A DNA stretch of 64,000 nt, from contig CAWINE010000013.1 of the NCBI GenBank assembly GCA_963837315.1, positions 7,099 to 71,098 of the forward strand. Reading direction: 5' to 3'. The notes below the pieces were generated by a model. The model had not been told where the DNA came from. It did no database searches and saw only the letters and a list, made by a program, of their open reading frames with translations. Both the position numbers and the translations under genes were made by a program. Position 1 is the first letter of the stretch, and every line of letters begins with the position of its first letter. Positions 19,496 through 27,972 of this stretch are shown here, one piece after another. Origin of the DNA: an uncultured Chloroflexia bacterium (GTDB lineage Bacteria > Chloroflexota > Chloroflexia > QHBQ01 > JADMIH01).

Positions 19496-20005
19496 CTAAA
19501 CTTGCTTGAACTGCTCGAACGGCTGGCGGCAATTGCGGCAGTAATATATTGCCCGGCAGAGGGTGGGGCCGAAGGCGTTTTCCATCGTAGTGTTGCGCGA
19601 GTTGCAGTAGGGGCATTCGACCACCGGCATTAGCTGGATCAGGTTGCGGCGAGCGGGCATCTCGCGCAAGAGCGGGGGAGGCGCGAAGCCGGATCTCTTG
19701 AGGATGGCGCGACCATGCTCCGATATTCGATCGGAGGTCCAGGGCTCATCGAAAGTCACTTTGATATTCACCGCGTAACCAGGGGCCAGGTCGCCGAGGC
19801 GCTCGCGCACTCCATCTTTCATCACTTCAAGGGCCGGGCACCCGACAAAAGTCGGCATCAACTCCACTGATATCACTTCGCTGGATACCTCTACGCTACG
19901 GAGTATGCCCAGGTCAACTATGGAAAGGTTGGGTATCTCCGGGTCCATTACGTCAGTAAGGGCGTCCCGGACTTCGCTTTCAGTTATGCTATGTGTTGTT
20001 TTCAT
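19496..20005 (-). CDS. paaD: Phenylacetyl-CoA epoxidase subunit PaaD (PaaJ)
   Basis: V.DPEIP, PTFVGCPA, PWTSDRI, CPYC...FGPTLCRA.YYC..CRQPFEQFK. Confidence 0.95.
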   Translation of the reverse strand: MKTTHSITESEVRDALTDVMDPEIPNLSIVDLGILRSVEVSSEVISVELMPTFVGCPALEVMKDGVRERLGDLAPGYAVNIKVTFDEPWTSDRISEHGRAILKRSGFAPPPLLREMPARRNLIQLMPVVECPYCNSRNTTMENAFGPTLCRAIYYCRNCRQPFEQFKQV

Positions 20006-20061
20006 ATTTACTCCTTTAGCTTTCAGCCGTCAGCTTTCAGCTTTTTCTTTGCGAAATTACC

Positions 20062-20399
20062 CTAGGATAGTCCAACCCTCACGCTGAGCATATTGGTAAA
20101 AAAGGCAACAAGTATCTCGGCAACCAACATCAGAGCTAGCGCTCCCAGCGTCTCAACGGCCATCCGGCGCGCCATGCGCCCCGCAGCCGAGCTGCTGGCC
20201 TGCCAGAGAGCGACCAGCGCGAGAGCCAGGCACCAGAACCAGATGGGAGCCATACGACTGCACCAAACAGGAAACCCTCCGTGCCTATCAGGGTGCCAAG
20301 AATCATACCTAGCACGAAAAGCGCCGTAGCGGCAAAGAGGAAGCGGCGGCTCCATTGGGCGATTTGGAGGGCTGGAGAAATCACTGTCTTACTTGACAA
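20062..20399 (-). CDS. Small hypothetical membrane protein inside the paa operon (frameshifted)
   Basis: TTG abuts the paaC stop; three hydrophobic segments across two ORFs. Confidence 0.55.
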
Positions 20400-21197
20400 C
20401 TACCAGACCGCCTCCGGGTCCAGCCTGTACACGGAGGTCATCTCTTCCCACAGGCCCGTGAATTCCGGTGTATGCTGACCGCGCCTGCCGCCTGATGCCG
20501 GATCGACGGTGGGGTTGTAGAGAAGGGTGTCCGGGTCCTGGACTGCCGGAAATGGAAGATCAAGGTTCTGGAAGTAGGGCGCTATCTGGTCCAGCCATTC
20601 GGCCAACATACGGCTGCTGGGCTGGATGAGGATGCCTTGCTCGAGCATCTCGGTTTCGCCGGGCAATTCCTCGAATATACCGAGCGCGTCGGGCCAGATG
20701 ATGTCGAGCGCGTCTATCAATCTCCGGCGCGAGTCGGCGCTGAGGGTGGCGAGGCGGTTCAACCACATATCGCCGTGCATCAGGTGGTACTTCTCTTCGC
20801 GCAGGATCTTCTGCGAAGCGTTGGCGAGCGGCTCGTACGAGGAATGAGACAGCACCTCAAGCCGCACATGGTCGGCGGTGTCATAGAGGAATTGGCGTGC
20901 CACCGCATGCGCCCAGTCGAGCCTGCGGTGCTCTACCAGATTGCAGCAAAGGAACTCTTCGGGCTGGCGGGCGTAGGCGATCTTATCGGCGGTTATGCCC
21001 GTCTCGGCCTCAAGCATCTGATACATGAGGCGAGCGTGCCCGATCTCGTCTTGCGCCATCGAGGAGAACGCTACATCCTCTTCGAGCATTGGTGCGATGC
21101 CTGTCCACTCCGAATTGCGGTAGCCCATGATGAATTCATCGTCGGCCAGGGCGAGAAGGAGAAGATATAGAGGTTTCCGGGTTAGTTCTGCAAACAT
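20400..21197 (-). CDS. paaC: Phenylacetyl-CoA epoxidase subunit PaaC (PaaI)
   Basis: LADD...SEW.G.AP.LEEDVA...QDEIGHAR, EE.YH, GGR.G.HT, P.AVW. Confidence 0.95.
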   Translation of the reverse strand: MFAELTRKPLYLLLLALADDEFIMGYRNSEWTGIAPMLEEDVAFSSMAQDEIGHARLMYQMLEAETGITADKIAYARQPEEFLCCNLVEHRRLDWAHAVARQFLYDTADHVRLEVLSHSSYEPLANASQKILREEKYHLMHGDMWLNRLATLSADSRRRLIDALDIIWPDALGIFEELPGETEMLEQGILIQPSSRMLAEWLDQIAPYFQNLDLPFPAVQDPDTLLYNPTVDPASGGRRGQHTPEFTGLWEEMTSVYRLDPEAVW

Positions 21198-21251
21198 TGT
21201 TCTCTCAATAAAAGAAAGGGAAAGAGATATGCGATTCGCTTTCGCCCCTCG

Positions 21252-21551
21252 TCAATCGGGTTGTTGGCTCCCTGCAACCGCGCCACGGGTTGCGCGCAAC
21301 GTATCTCGCAGGGAATACCCCGCGACCGTGCGGTAAGAGCGATCGACTGCGGGTGGGTGGAGCAAGTCGGGATCGTTTATCTCGACGATAGAATTGCGGG
21401 GCACGATCCAGATGCGTACGCTCTCCTGCCGCCGTCCATAGAACTCTCGTGCGTACAGGATCGCCATCTCCGGGTCGGGCGCGACCACGTTGCCGCCATG
21501 CTCGAACGGCTTGCCCTCGCGGGCCTGTGTGAATACTTCGAATACTGGCAA
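21252..21551 (-). CDS. paaB: Phenylacetyl-CoA epoxidase subunit PaaB
   Basis: FEVF...H.G.V.APD.EMA..ARE.Y.RRQE...IW.VPR. Confidence 0.93.
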   Translation of the reverse strand: MPVFEVFTQAREGKPFEHGGNVVAPDPEMAILYAREFYGRRQESVRIWIVPRNSIVEINDPDLLHPPAVDRSYRTVAGYSLRDTLRATRGAVAGSQQPD

Positions 21552-21558
21552 GGCAATG

Positions 21559-21632
21559 TAATTACGAATTACGAATTACGAATTACGAATTGGCCAAACC
21601 ATTCGTAATTCGTAATTCGTAATTCGTAATTC
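21559..21632. repeat. Inverted (TTACGAA)n / (TTCGTAA)n heptamer pair
   Basis: Visible between paaA and paaB. Confidence 0.95.
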
Positions 21633-21635
21633 CTC

Positions 21636-22547
21636 CTAGGCTGCTTTCTCGACAAGGATCATGTCGCGCACCCACTGGGTGTCGGCGTAGGCCATGCGGC
21701 GCAAATCAAGACGTTCCTGGCTCCTGGGGCCATGCCCTGTGACTACCATCTTTAGCTCATTCCAGTCGGGCTCGGTGTAGTGCCATGCGTTCGCCTCGGT
21801 GTCGAATTGGAGTTCAGGATCAGGGATGGTGAGACCAAGCTCCAGTATCTTCGGGATATACTTCGAGAAGAACTCCTGGCGCAAGATGGCATTGTGTTTG
21901 GCTTTAATGCGGAAATAGAGATCGCGATCCTTCTCGACAGGTGTGGGCGGGCCGTGGAACATCACCAGGGGCGACCACCACCTGTTGAGCGCATCCTGGA
22001 TCATGTCTCGCTGCACTCTGGAGCCGTTCATCATCGTCACGACCATGTCGTAGCCGTGCTTGATGTGGAAGCTCTCTTCCCAGCAGATTTTCTGCATGGT
22101 GCGGGCGTAAGGCGCATAAGACGAGTCGAGCAGCGCCTTCTGCGACTGGATAGCAGCGGCGTCCACAAGCCACGCGATAATGGCGGCATCGCCCCAGTTA
22201 TAGGTGGGATAGTGGAACACGTTATGGAACTTGGTTTTGCCCGCCAGCAGGTCGGCCAGCATATCTTCGCGGCTTTTGCCGAGGTCTTCGGCCACGCGGT
22301 AGAGTAGCTGGGAGTGCCCTACCTCGTCCTGCACCTTGGCAGTGAGAGCCAGCTTGCGCTTGAGGGTGGGGGCCTTGTTGATCCACTCGCGCTCAGGGAG
22401 CACGCCCATCAGCTCAGAGTTGGCATGCATCTCCACAAATTTGAGCACATGCATCCGGTATTCCTCAGGCATCCAGTCGCCTGCTTCTACCTTGCCACCC
22501 TTCTGCACGTACCGTGTGAACTCTTCAACTCGATTGGGATCGTCCAT
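21636..22547 (-). CDS. paaA: Phenylacetyl-CoA epoxidase subunit PaaA
   Basis: DWMPEEYR, HANSE, AKVQDEVGH, ICWEESFH diiron motifs. Confidence 0.97.
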   Translation of the reverse strand: MDDPNRVEEFTRYVQKGGKVEAGDWMPEEYRMHVLKFVEMHANSELMGVLPEREWINKAPTLKRKLALTAKVQDEVGHSQLLYRVAEDLGKSREDMLADLLAGKTKFHNVFHYPTYNWGDAAIIAWLVDAAAIQSQKALLDSSYAPYARTMQKICWEESFHIKHGYDMVVTMMNGSRVQRDMIQDALNRWWSPLVMFHGPPTPVEKDRDLYFRIKAKHNAILRQEFFSKYIPKILELGLTIPDPELQFDTEANAWHYTEPDWNELKMVVTGHGPRSQERLDLRRMAYADTQWVRDMILVEKAA

Positions 22548-22678
22548 TGTTCCTCCTTGTGACGCAGTTGTCAGTTGTCAGTTGTCAGTTGTCAGTAGAC
22601 CGTAGCTACCAGCTATCAGTGGTCGTCTGCTAGCCCCTAGCCCCTAGCCCCTAGGCTCCGTCGTCCGTCAACTGACAA

Positions 22679-23252
22679 CTACCGACGCTCCAATCCTCTC
22701 AACACCAATTCACTAAAGCTATCCGCGACCTGTGCGGGCGATAATGGGCCGGCTGGATTATACCACTGGGGCATCCAGTTGACGGCGGACAGCACGAGCA
22801 GGGTTGCCATTTTGGGATCGGTAGGGGCGAATTCGCCAGAGGTGATGCCATCCTCAACCACGCGACGATAGAGACTCTCGTAGTGATTGCGGCGCTCGGC
22901 GATCTCTCGTTGGCGCTCGTCGTCCCAGGAACTTCCATTCGTGCAGGAAGATGGTCGCCTCGGCCAGGTTAGTGGCCACTACGCCCACGTGAGCGCGCAC
23001 AAGCTCGCGCAGCTTCTCGGTCGGAGACAAATCGGAGGCCGCGATAGGCTCGGCGGCATCCAGAAACTGGTCCGCAGCGTGATTGACTATCTCCCAGAGC
23101 ACATCTTCCTTGGACTCGATGTGCGCATAAAGCGAACCCGCCTGCATGTTCATTTCGCGGGCGATGTCGCGCACCGTGGTGGCCGGATAACCCCTCTCGC
23201 GGAAGAGGGAGCGGGCTGTGGAATATATTTGCTCTTTGCGGTCTACTGCCAT
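22679..23252 (-). CDS. paaR: TetR-family regulator, PaaR-like (frameshift near 22920)
   Basis: LF.ERGY.ATTVRDIA...GSLYAH..SKE helix-turn-helix; NW..QWY.P.G C-terminus; heads the paa operon. Confidence 0.85.
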
Positions 23253-23293
23253 GATGGGTTACTTACTGCTTATATCTTACTGCTTAGATGAGA

Positions 23294-23310
23294 GAAACAA
23301 ACGCTTGTTA
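23294..23310. promoter_or_regulatory. Probable PaaR/TetR operator
   Basis: Imperfect palindrome AACAAACGCTTGTT about 45 nt upstream of the tetR start. Confidence 0.55.
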
Positions 23311-23492
23311 GGGTATAAAGTATTATATGCTTGTTAGCATTGCTGTGTCAAGGGGCGATAGTTGACCCAGGGTGTACGCGTTCTCGGCAATGGGCAGGCA
23401 GCCGGGATCGTAGGGGCAGACCCACGTGTCTGCCCTGGTCAAAACCCCGATGTTTCCAACCGAGAATGCATAGTCCCTGAGCTGACCCGTCA

Positions 23493-23856
23493 GTGCTGAT
23501 GCAAAATCGGTGCCTGGCGCGTCCTCTTGACCATGTCATTCTGAGCGAAGCGAAGAATCTCGTCCCTCGAGCTGACCTTGGGGTTTGTACAATGTCAATG
23601 AGACTGTCTGAAAACCGCTGCCCGGCGACTAAAGTGGCGGGCTCAGGTACAAAGTCGCCCTTCGGCGACTTACGGTCAGTCCGCGTAGGCGGACTTCGTA
23701 TTCCTAGCCCGCGACTTTAGTCGCCGGGCGGTGTCGGCTCTGAGTTTTCAGACACTCTCAAAGAGAATCTGTAGCGACGAGATTTTTCACTTCGCTCAGA
23801 ATGACATGGTGTAGGCGGGCGGTGCATCCCAAGCGGGCCCTCGACTTTGCTTCCGC
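23493..23856. mobile_element. Four-layer nested inverted-repeat element
   Basis: Arm pairs 23493/23842, 23531/23776, 23599/23744, 23620/23706. Confidence 0.8.
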
Positions 23857-24004
23857 CCTGGTTGACGCATAGGATTGAAGATGGGTACCTGCCGCGCCAA
23901 GGTGGCTTGTCAGGGGAATCATTTCGACGCTGTATCAGCCATGATCTGGCACCTGGGAAACCTTACTCTCGCCTCAATCCGAACTGAGCTATAATCATAC
24001 ATCT

Positions 24005-24889
24005 ATGCGCAACCGGATACTGAAAATCTCGCTCATACTCGCTGTGCTGTTCGTTGTGACGTACATCGGCGTTTGCCTGGTCGCAGCTTACACTCTCACC
24101 CACCCAACCCGGTTGCCGCTCAAGACCACACCCACGCAGTACGGCCTGGAATATCAGGATGTGAGTTTCAAAAGCACGGGTGATGAGGTGCCACTCAGCG
24201 GCTGGCTCGTCAATCCGGGCGGCAATCCCACGGTCGTAATCATGCACGGCAGCGGTAGTAACCGCGCTAACTATATCAATATGGAAGTATCGAAGGCGTT
24301 GGTGGGCCGTGGTTACCGGGTCTTTCTCTTCGACTTCAGGGGCCAGGGCGCCTCGGGCGGCGATACGGGCGGCCTCGGCGCGTGGGAGACACGCGACCTC
24401 GCGGGTGCTCTTGCCTATTTGAAAACGCGCGGCGTCGCGCAGGTAGGTACGCTCGGCTACTCGATGGGAGCGGCTACTGCGCTCCTTGCCGCACCTGATC
24501 GCCCCGAAATGCGCGCCATCGTAGCCGACTCATCATATTCCGACCTCTTTTCGATGATCGATCGAGAGCGCGAGAGCATGGGCGCTCCCAACATCTTCGA
24601 TCCAGGCGTAGTCTTCACGGCAAAGACATTGTTCGGTCTCGATATAGCGGCTGCCAGCCCGAAGCAATCGGTTGCCCGACTGGGCGACCGTCCGGTGCTC
24701 CTCATCCACGCTACCGGCGACGACCTGATACCGCCGAGCGAAGCAGTCGAGCTACAGCAGGCCGGAGCCGCAGACCCCAACCTCCAGCTATGGCTCGCCC
24801 CCGCAACAGGGCACGTCGCAGCCTTCGCCGACAACAAGGAAGAATACCTGAGCCGAGTGATAGGTTTCTTTGATAAGTATCTGCGTTAG
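24005..24889 (+). CDS. Alpha/beta hydrolase with an N-terminal membrane anchor
   Basis: HG, FDFRGQG, GYSMG nucleophile, D and H triad residues. Confidence 0.92.
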   Translation: MRNRILKISLILAVLFVVTYIGVCLVAAYTLTHPTRLPLKTTPTQYGLEYQDVSFKSTGDEVPLSGWLVNPGGNPTVVIMHGSGSNRANYINMEVSKALVGRGYRVFLFDFRGQGASGGDTGGLGAWETRDLAGALAYLKTRGVAQVGTLGYSMGAATALLAAPDRPEMRAIVADSSYSDLFSMIDRERESMGAPNIFDPGVVFTAKTLFGLDIAAASPKQSVARLGDRPVLLIHATGDDLIPPSEAVELQQAGAADPNLQLWLAPATGHVAAFADNKEEYLSRVIGFFDKYLR

Positions 24890-24968
24890 TGGCTAACCTC
24901 TAACCACTGGTCACTGGTCACTGGTCACTGATCCCCCACAACTACTCCATAAATACCCAAATTGCTTG

Positions 24969-24997
24969 TTGACATAAGCCTATAGCAGTGCTAGAAT
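24969..24997 (+). promoter_or_regulatory. Sigma70 promoter upstream of xerD
   Basis: TTGACA-17-TAGAAT with extended TG. Confidence 0.75.
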
Positions 24998-25087
24998 AGT
25001 GAGACTCTCAAGCGATTTTCCACGCGAACACATCCTTCTGATTAGAGAAGTGGCATCATAGCGTCGGTGGCAGATGGTGGACGATAG

Positions 25088-26101
25088 ATGCCGCACTGGA
25101 GAAACTTCGTGCTCAACAGGGAGCTGATTGAACAGTTTCTCACAACATTACAGGCCCAGAAGGGCTTCTCCGGCAATACGCTGGCGGCCTACCGCAACGA
25201 CCTCTCTCAGTTCGCCGATTACATGGACGAAGGGCAGGATGTGGAGCGATTCGGCGGGCGACCGGATAATTGGGCGAGCGTAACCCGCAACAATATCGTA
25301 GCGTTCCTTCTATACCTCAAAGAGGCACACAAAGCCGCCACCACCGTAGCGCGCAAGCAGGCGGCAATTAAGTCGTTCTTCAAGTTCCTCTCGGCACGCG
25401 GTATGGTTTCCTCCAATCCCGTCGAAGACCTCGCGTCACCCCATGTGGACCGCGCACTCCCGCAGACCATCAACGCAAGCGAAGTCGAGCGGCTCCTGCA
25501 CGAAATGAACATTGCGCCCGACAGCGCCGAGGTGCTGCGCGACCGCGCCATGATGCAGTTGCTTTACGCCACCGGCTTGCGTGTAGGTGAGACCGTGGCT
25601 CTCGACGTACACGATGTGGACCTTACAGACAACAGTGTGAGCACAACCGGACGTGGCAAGACGCGTCGCGTGTCCATCGGCTCAATGGATACGCTCAGCG
25701 CGCTGGCAAGCTACCTGGCGAAAGGGCGCCCTGTATTGGCCCGAAATACGGAGAATAGCGGCCCGGCTCTTGCTGAGAACGACGACAACCGGGCGTTGTT
25801 CCTCAACCACAGAGGCAAGAGGTTGACGCGGCAAGGGTTCTGGCTTATTCTAAAGAGATACGCAAAATCGGCAGGCCTCGACGAAATTAGTCCCCACACT
25901 TTACGCCACTCGTTCGCGGCCCAGAAGCTGAATAGCGGCACCGATATGCGTGACTTGCAACAAATCCTGGGACACGCTAATATTTCCACGACCCAAGTCT
26001 ACGCTCGTATCGGACAAAAGCAGGAGCGTAGCAATACTAAAAGAGGAACAGGGGGAAGCGGGGGCAGAGCGGCCCAGCCAAGAAAGAAGGCGGTTTCGTA
26101 A
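25088..26101 (+). CDS. xerD: Tyrosine recombinase, XerD-like
   Basis: NTLAAYRNDL, YATGLRVGE, LTRQGFWLILK, SPHTLRHSFA, LGHANISTTQVY. Confidence 0.88.
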   Translation: MPHWRNFVLNRELIEQFLTTLQAQKGFSGNTLAAYRNDLSQFADYMDEGQDVERFGGRPDNWASVTRNNIVAFLLYLKEAHKAATTVARKQAAIKSFFKFLSARGMVSSNPVEDLASPHVDRALPQTINASEVERLLHEMNIAPDSAEVLRDRAMMQLLYATGLRVGETVALDVHDVDLTDNSVSTTGRGKTRRVSIGSMDTLSALASYLAKGRPVLARNTENSGPALAENDDNRALFLNHRGKRLTRQGFWLILKRYAKSAGLDEISPHTLRHSFAAQKLNSGTDMRDLQQILGHANISTTQVYARIGQKQERSNTKRGTGGSGGRAAQPRKKAVS

Positions 26102-26152
26102 ACAACCACGATCCCGCCCGATATGCAACCCTATACAGGAGGAACGAAGGAG

Positions 26153-26713
26153 ATGGATAGCCACACGCCCGATATGCCGGTAGACGAAAACGCCAACGCC
26201 GATGCAATGGAGGACGATGAGGAGTTTGAGGTAACACGCGAAGAGCTGATCGAAGCCCTGCAGCAGGTCGTCACCGACCTCTCTAACGGCTTGAAAGGCG
26301 ACGAGCGTGACGCCCACCTGGGTGCAGACGACCTCGCTCAGAACGACTGGTTCTTCGCGGGCGTGTCCGACGAGGACGGCCAGTACGCCGTCACCATGTG
26401 GCCCGCCGAGGGTGAAGAGGATATGCTCCGCATCGACATCGGCACCGAGGATGACGTGCACGCCCTCGCGGGCAGTCCCGACCAGATCGCTGCTCTCACC
26501 GACGACTTCATCGAAGCGATGAGCGAAGACTTCGAGGAATACGAAGAATACGAGGAAGAGGACGACGAGGACGACGAGGAAGAAGACGAAGAAGAAGACG
26601 AAGGGGAAGAAGAGTTCGAGGAAGAAGGTGAAGAAGACGACTACGATGAGGAAGACGAAGAAGCTGAAGAGGACGAGGGCGTCAGCCACAACGGTAATAG
26701 ACCTCCTCACTAG
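26153..26713 (+). CDS. Extremely acidic hypothetical protein
   Basis: AAGGAG RBS; globular-looking core followed by a long E/D tail. Confidence 0.8.
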   Translation: MDSHTPDMPVDENANADAMEDDEEFEVTREELIEALQQVVTDLSNGLKGDERDAHLGADDLAQNDWFFAGVSDEDGQYAVTMWPAEGEEDMLRIDIGTEDDVHALAGSPDQIAALTDDFIEAMSEDFEEYEEYEEEDDEDDEEEDEEEDEGEEEFEEEGEEDDYDEEDEEAEEDEGVSHNGNRPPH

Positions 26714-26835
26714 TCGCTGATCATCAGTCCGTGCAACTATCAAATGACCGCCCTGCACAGGGTGGTCATTCTTGTTCATAGATTACATGGCGATTTAATG
26801 TCCCGGCGCTGTCTGCCCAACAGGAGGTGCAGGTT

Positions 26836-27231
26836 ATGCATAGGAATGCTGAAGAAGGGGAGTTTTCGGAGCTTGACAGGCACGAATATATCAACCTGAT
26901 TACCTTCCGGCGCGATAGCTCTGCCGTACATACGACCGTGCGCTTTGTGGCGATCGGGGACTACATTTACATCCAGACGCCTTGCAGGTCGGGCAAGACG
27001 AAGAGGATAGAGGCCACCGGGCGCGTGCTGGTCGCTCCAAGCAACAGCGAGGGCGCGCCCTTGACGCGCACGCGGCTCGGATTGGGCCGCAAGGTCGAAG
27101 GCAAAGCGGCCGAGGCAGCCGGTAACGCCTTGCTGGCCAAGTACGGCCAGGTGCACTTCGACTTCCTTGTTGAGATAGCCCGGGAAGCAGAGGAGTGGGA
27201 GATTATTGAGATCAGGCCCTGGGACGAGTGA
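26836..27231 (+). CDS. PPOX-class F420-dependent oxidoreductase-like protein
   Basis: YINLITFRRD...T.V.F...SGK.KRI...V.VAP; AGGAGG RBS. Confidence 0.85.
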   Translation: MHRNAEEGEFSELDRHEYINLITFRRDSSAVHTTVRFVAIGDYIYIQTPCRSGKTKRIEATGRVLVAPSNSEGAPLTRTRLGLGRKVEGKAAEAAGNALLAKYGQVHFDFLVEIAREAEEWEIIEIRPWDE

Positions 27232-27314
27232 GCGCCGATAGTATGCACAGAAAAGAGAAGTCGCTTCCTCGGACGGAAGCGATTTCTTTTTCTATGATCG
27301 GCCTTTGCGTGAGA

Positions 27315-27703
27315 TCAAGCTCTACCAAAAGCAGCTTTCACGCCGGGGGTAAGAGGTAATAGAGAATGATGCCGGCAGATCACGATACCGACAATCTACG
27401 CTCGCGATCGTGCCATTGCCGAGAATGAAGGCGATTATGACAGGATCACTTGAGCCGTGCCTCGAACGCCAACGCCTACAGGTCCAGGCCCAGGGCTTGA
27501 GAGTCCAGCGCCGATGCCAAAGGCAAGCTCACCTACCGCTTGAACGAGAGCGACCGAGGCAACGCTGATAAAGAGGCCACTCATCTCGACCCACCGCACT
27601 TCCTAAGAGCGCAAGCCGACCGAGGATCCCAAGTACTCCGCCGAATACAGCCAAGAACCGCAAGAATTGTTACACCCGTAGGACGAGCCGATGTAGTTTG
27701 CAT
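27315..27703 (-). CDS. Small 4-TM membrane protein (RPTGVTILAVL...LKPWAW...P.VKAAFGR), heavily frameshifted and absent from the ORF track
   Basis: Manual reverse-strand reading: MQTTSARPTGVTILAVL...ELAFGIG...LKPWAW...GIILYYL..PGVKAAFGRA-stop; GGGGAG RBS. Confidence 0.7.
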
Positions 27704-27832
27704 CTCCCCAGTACCTCCATTTGCTTTGCTAACTCGTGGGCTTTGTGGCGACAGGCCCCACGTCAGGTATACCCCAACACCCGGATAAACATACGCCTCA
27801 CATCAGCGTACAGCCAATTATCCGGTGGACGG

Positions 27833-27910
27833 AATATACCAGATAGCAACACGCAAGTCAATACTTTTCCACATAAATTTCTTGACAATCAGGCACGCTT
27901 TCCATATACT
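27833..27910. promoter_or_regulatory. Back-to-back divergent sigma70 promoters
   Basis: Minus strand TTGACT-17-TATATT (27861-27833); plus strand TTGACA-17-TATACT (27882-27910). Confidence 0.7.
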
Positions 27911-27972
27911 CAGGCCGACTCGTGGTACGTAGTGTGTAGTCCGTAGTACGTAGTACGTAACCCATAGAAACC

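Noticed and set aside
25088-26101. Tyrosine recombinase as a prophage or integron integrase
   Set aside because: It has XerD-type signatures (LTRQGFW), no integron insertion, and no att site, tRNA or phage genes nearby
27315-27830. ORF-free stretch as RNase P, tmRNA or SRP RNA
   Set aside because: No conserved motifs of these RNAs; the reverse strand reads as a frameshifted membrane protein
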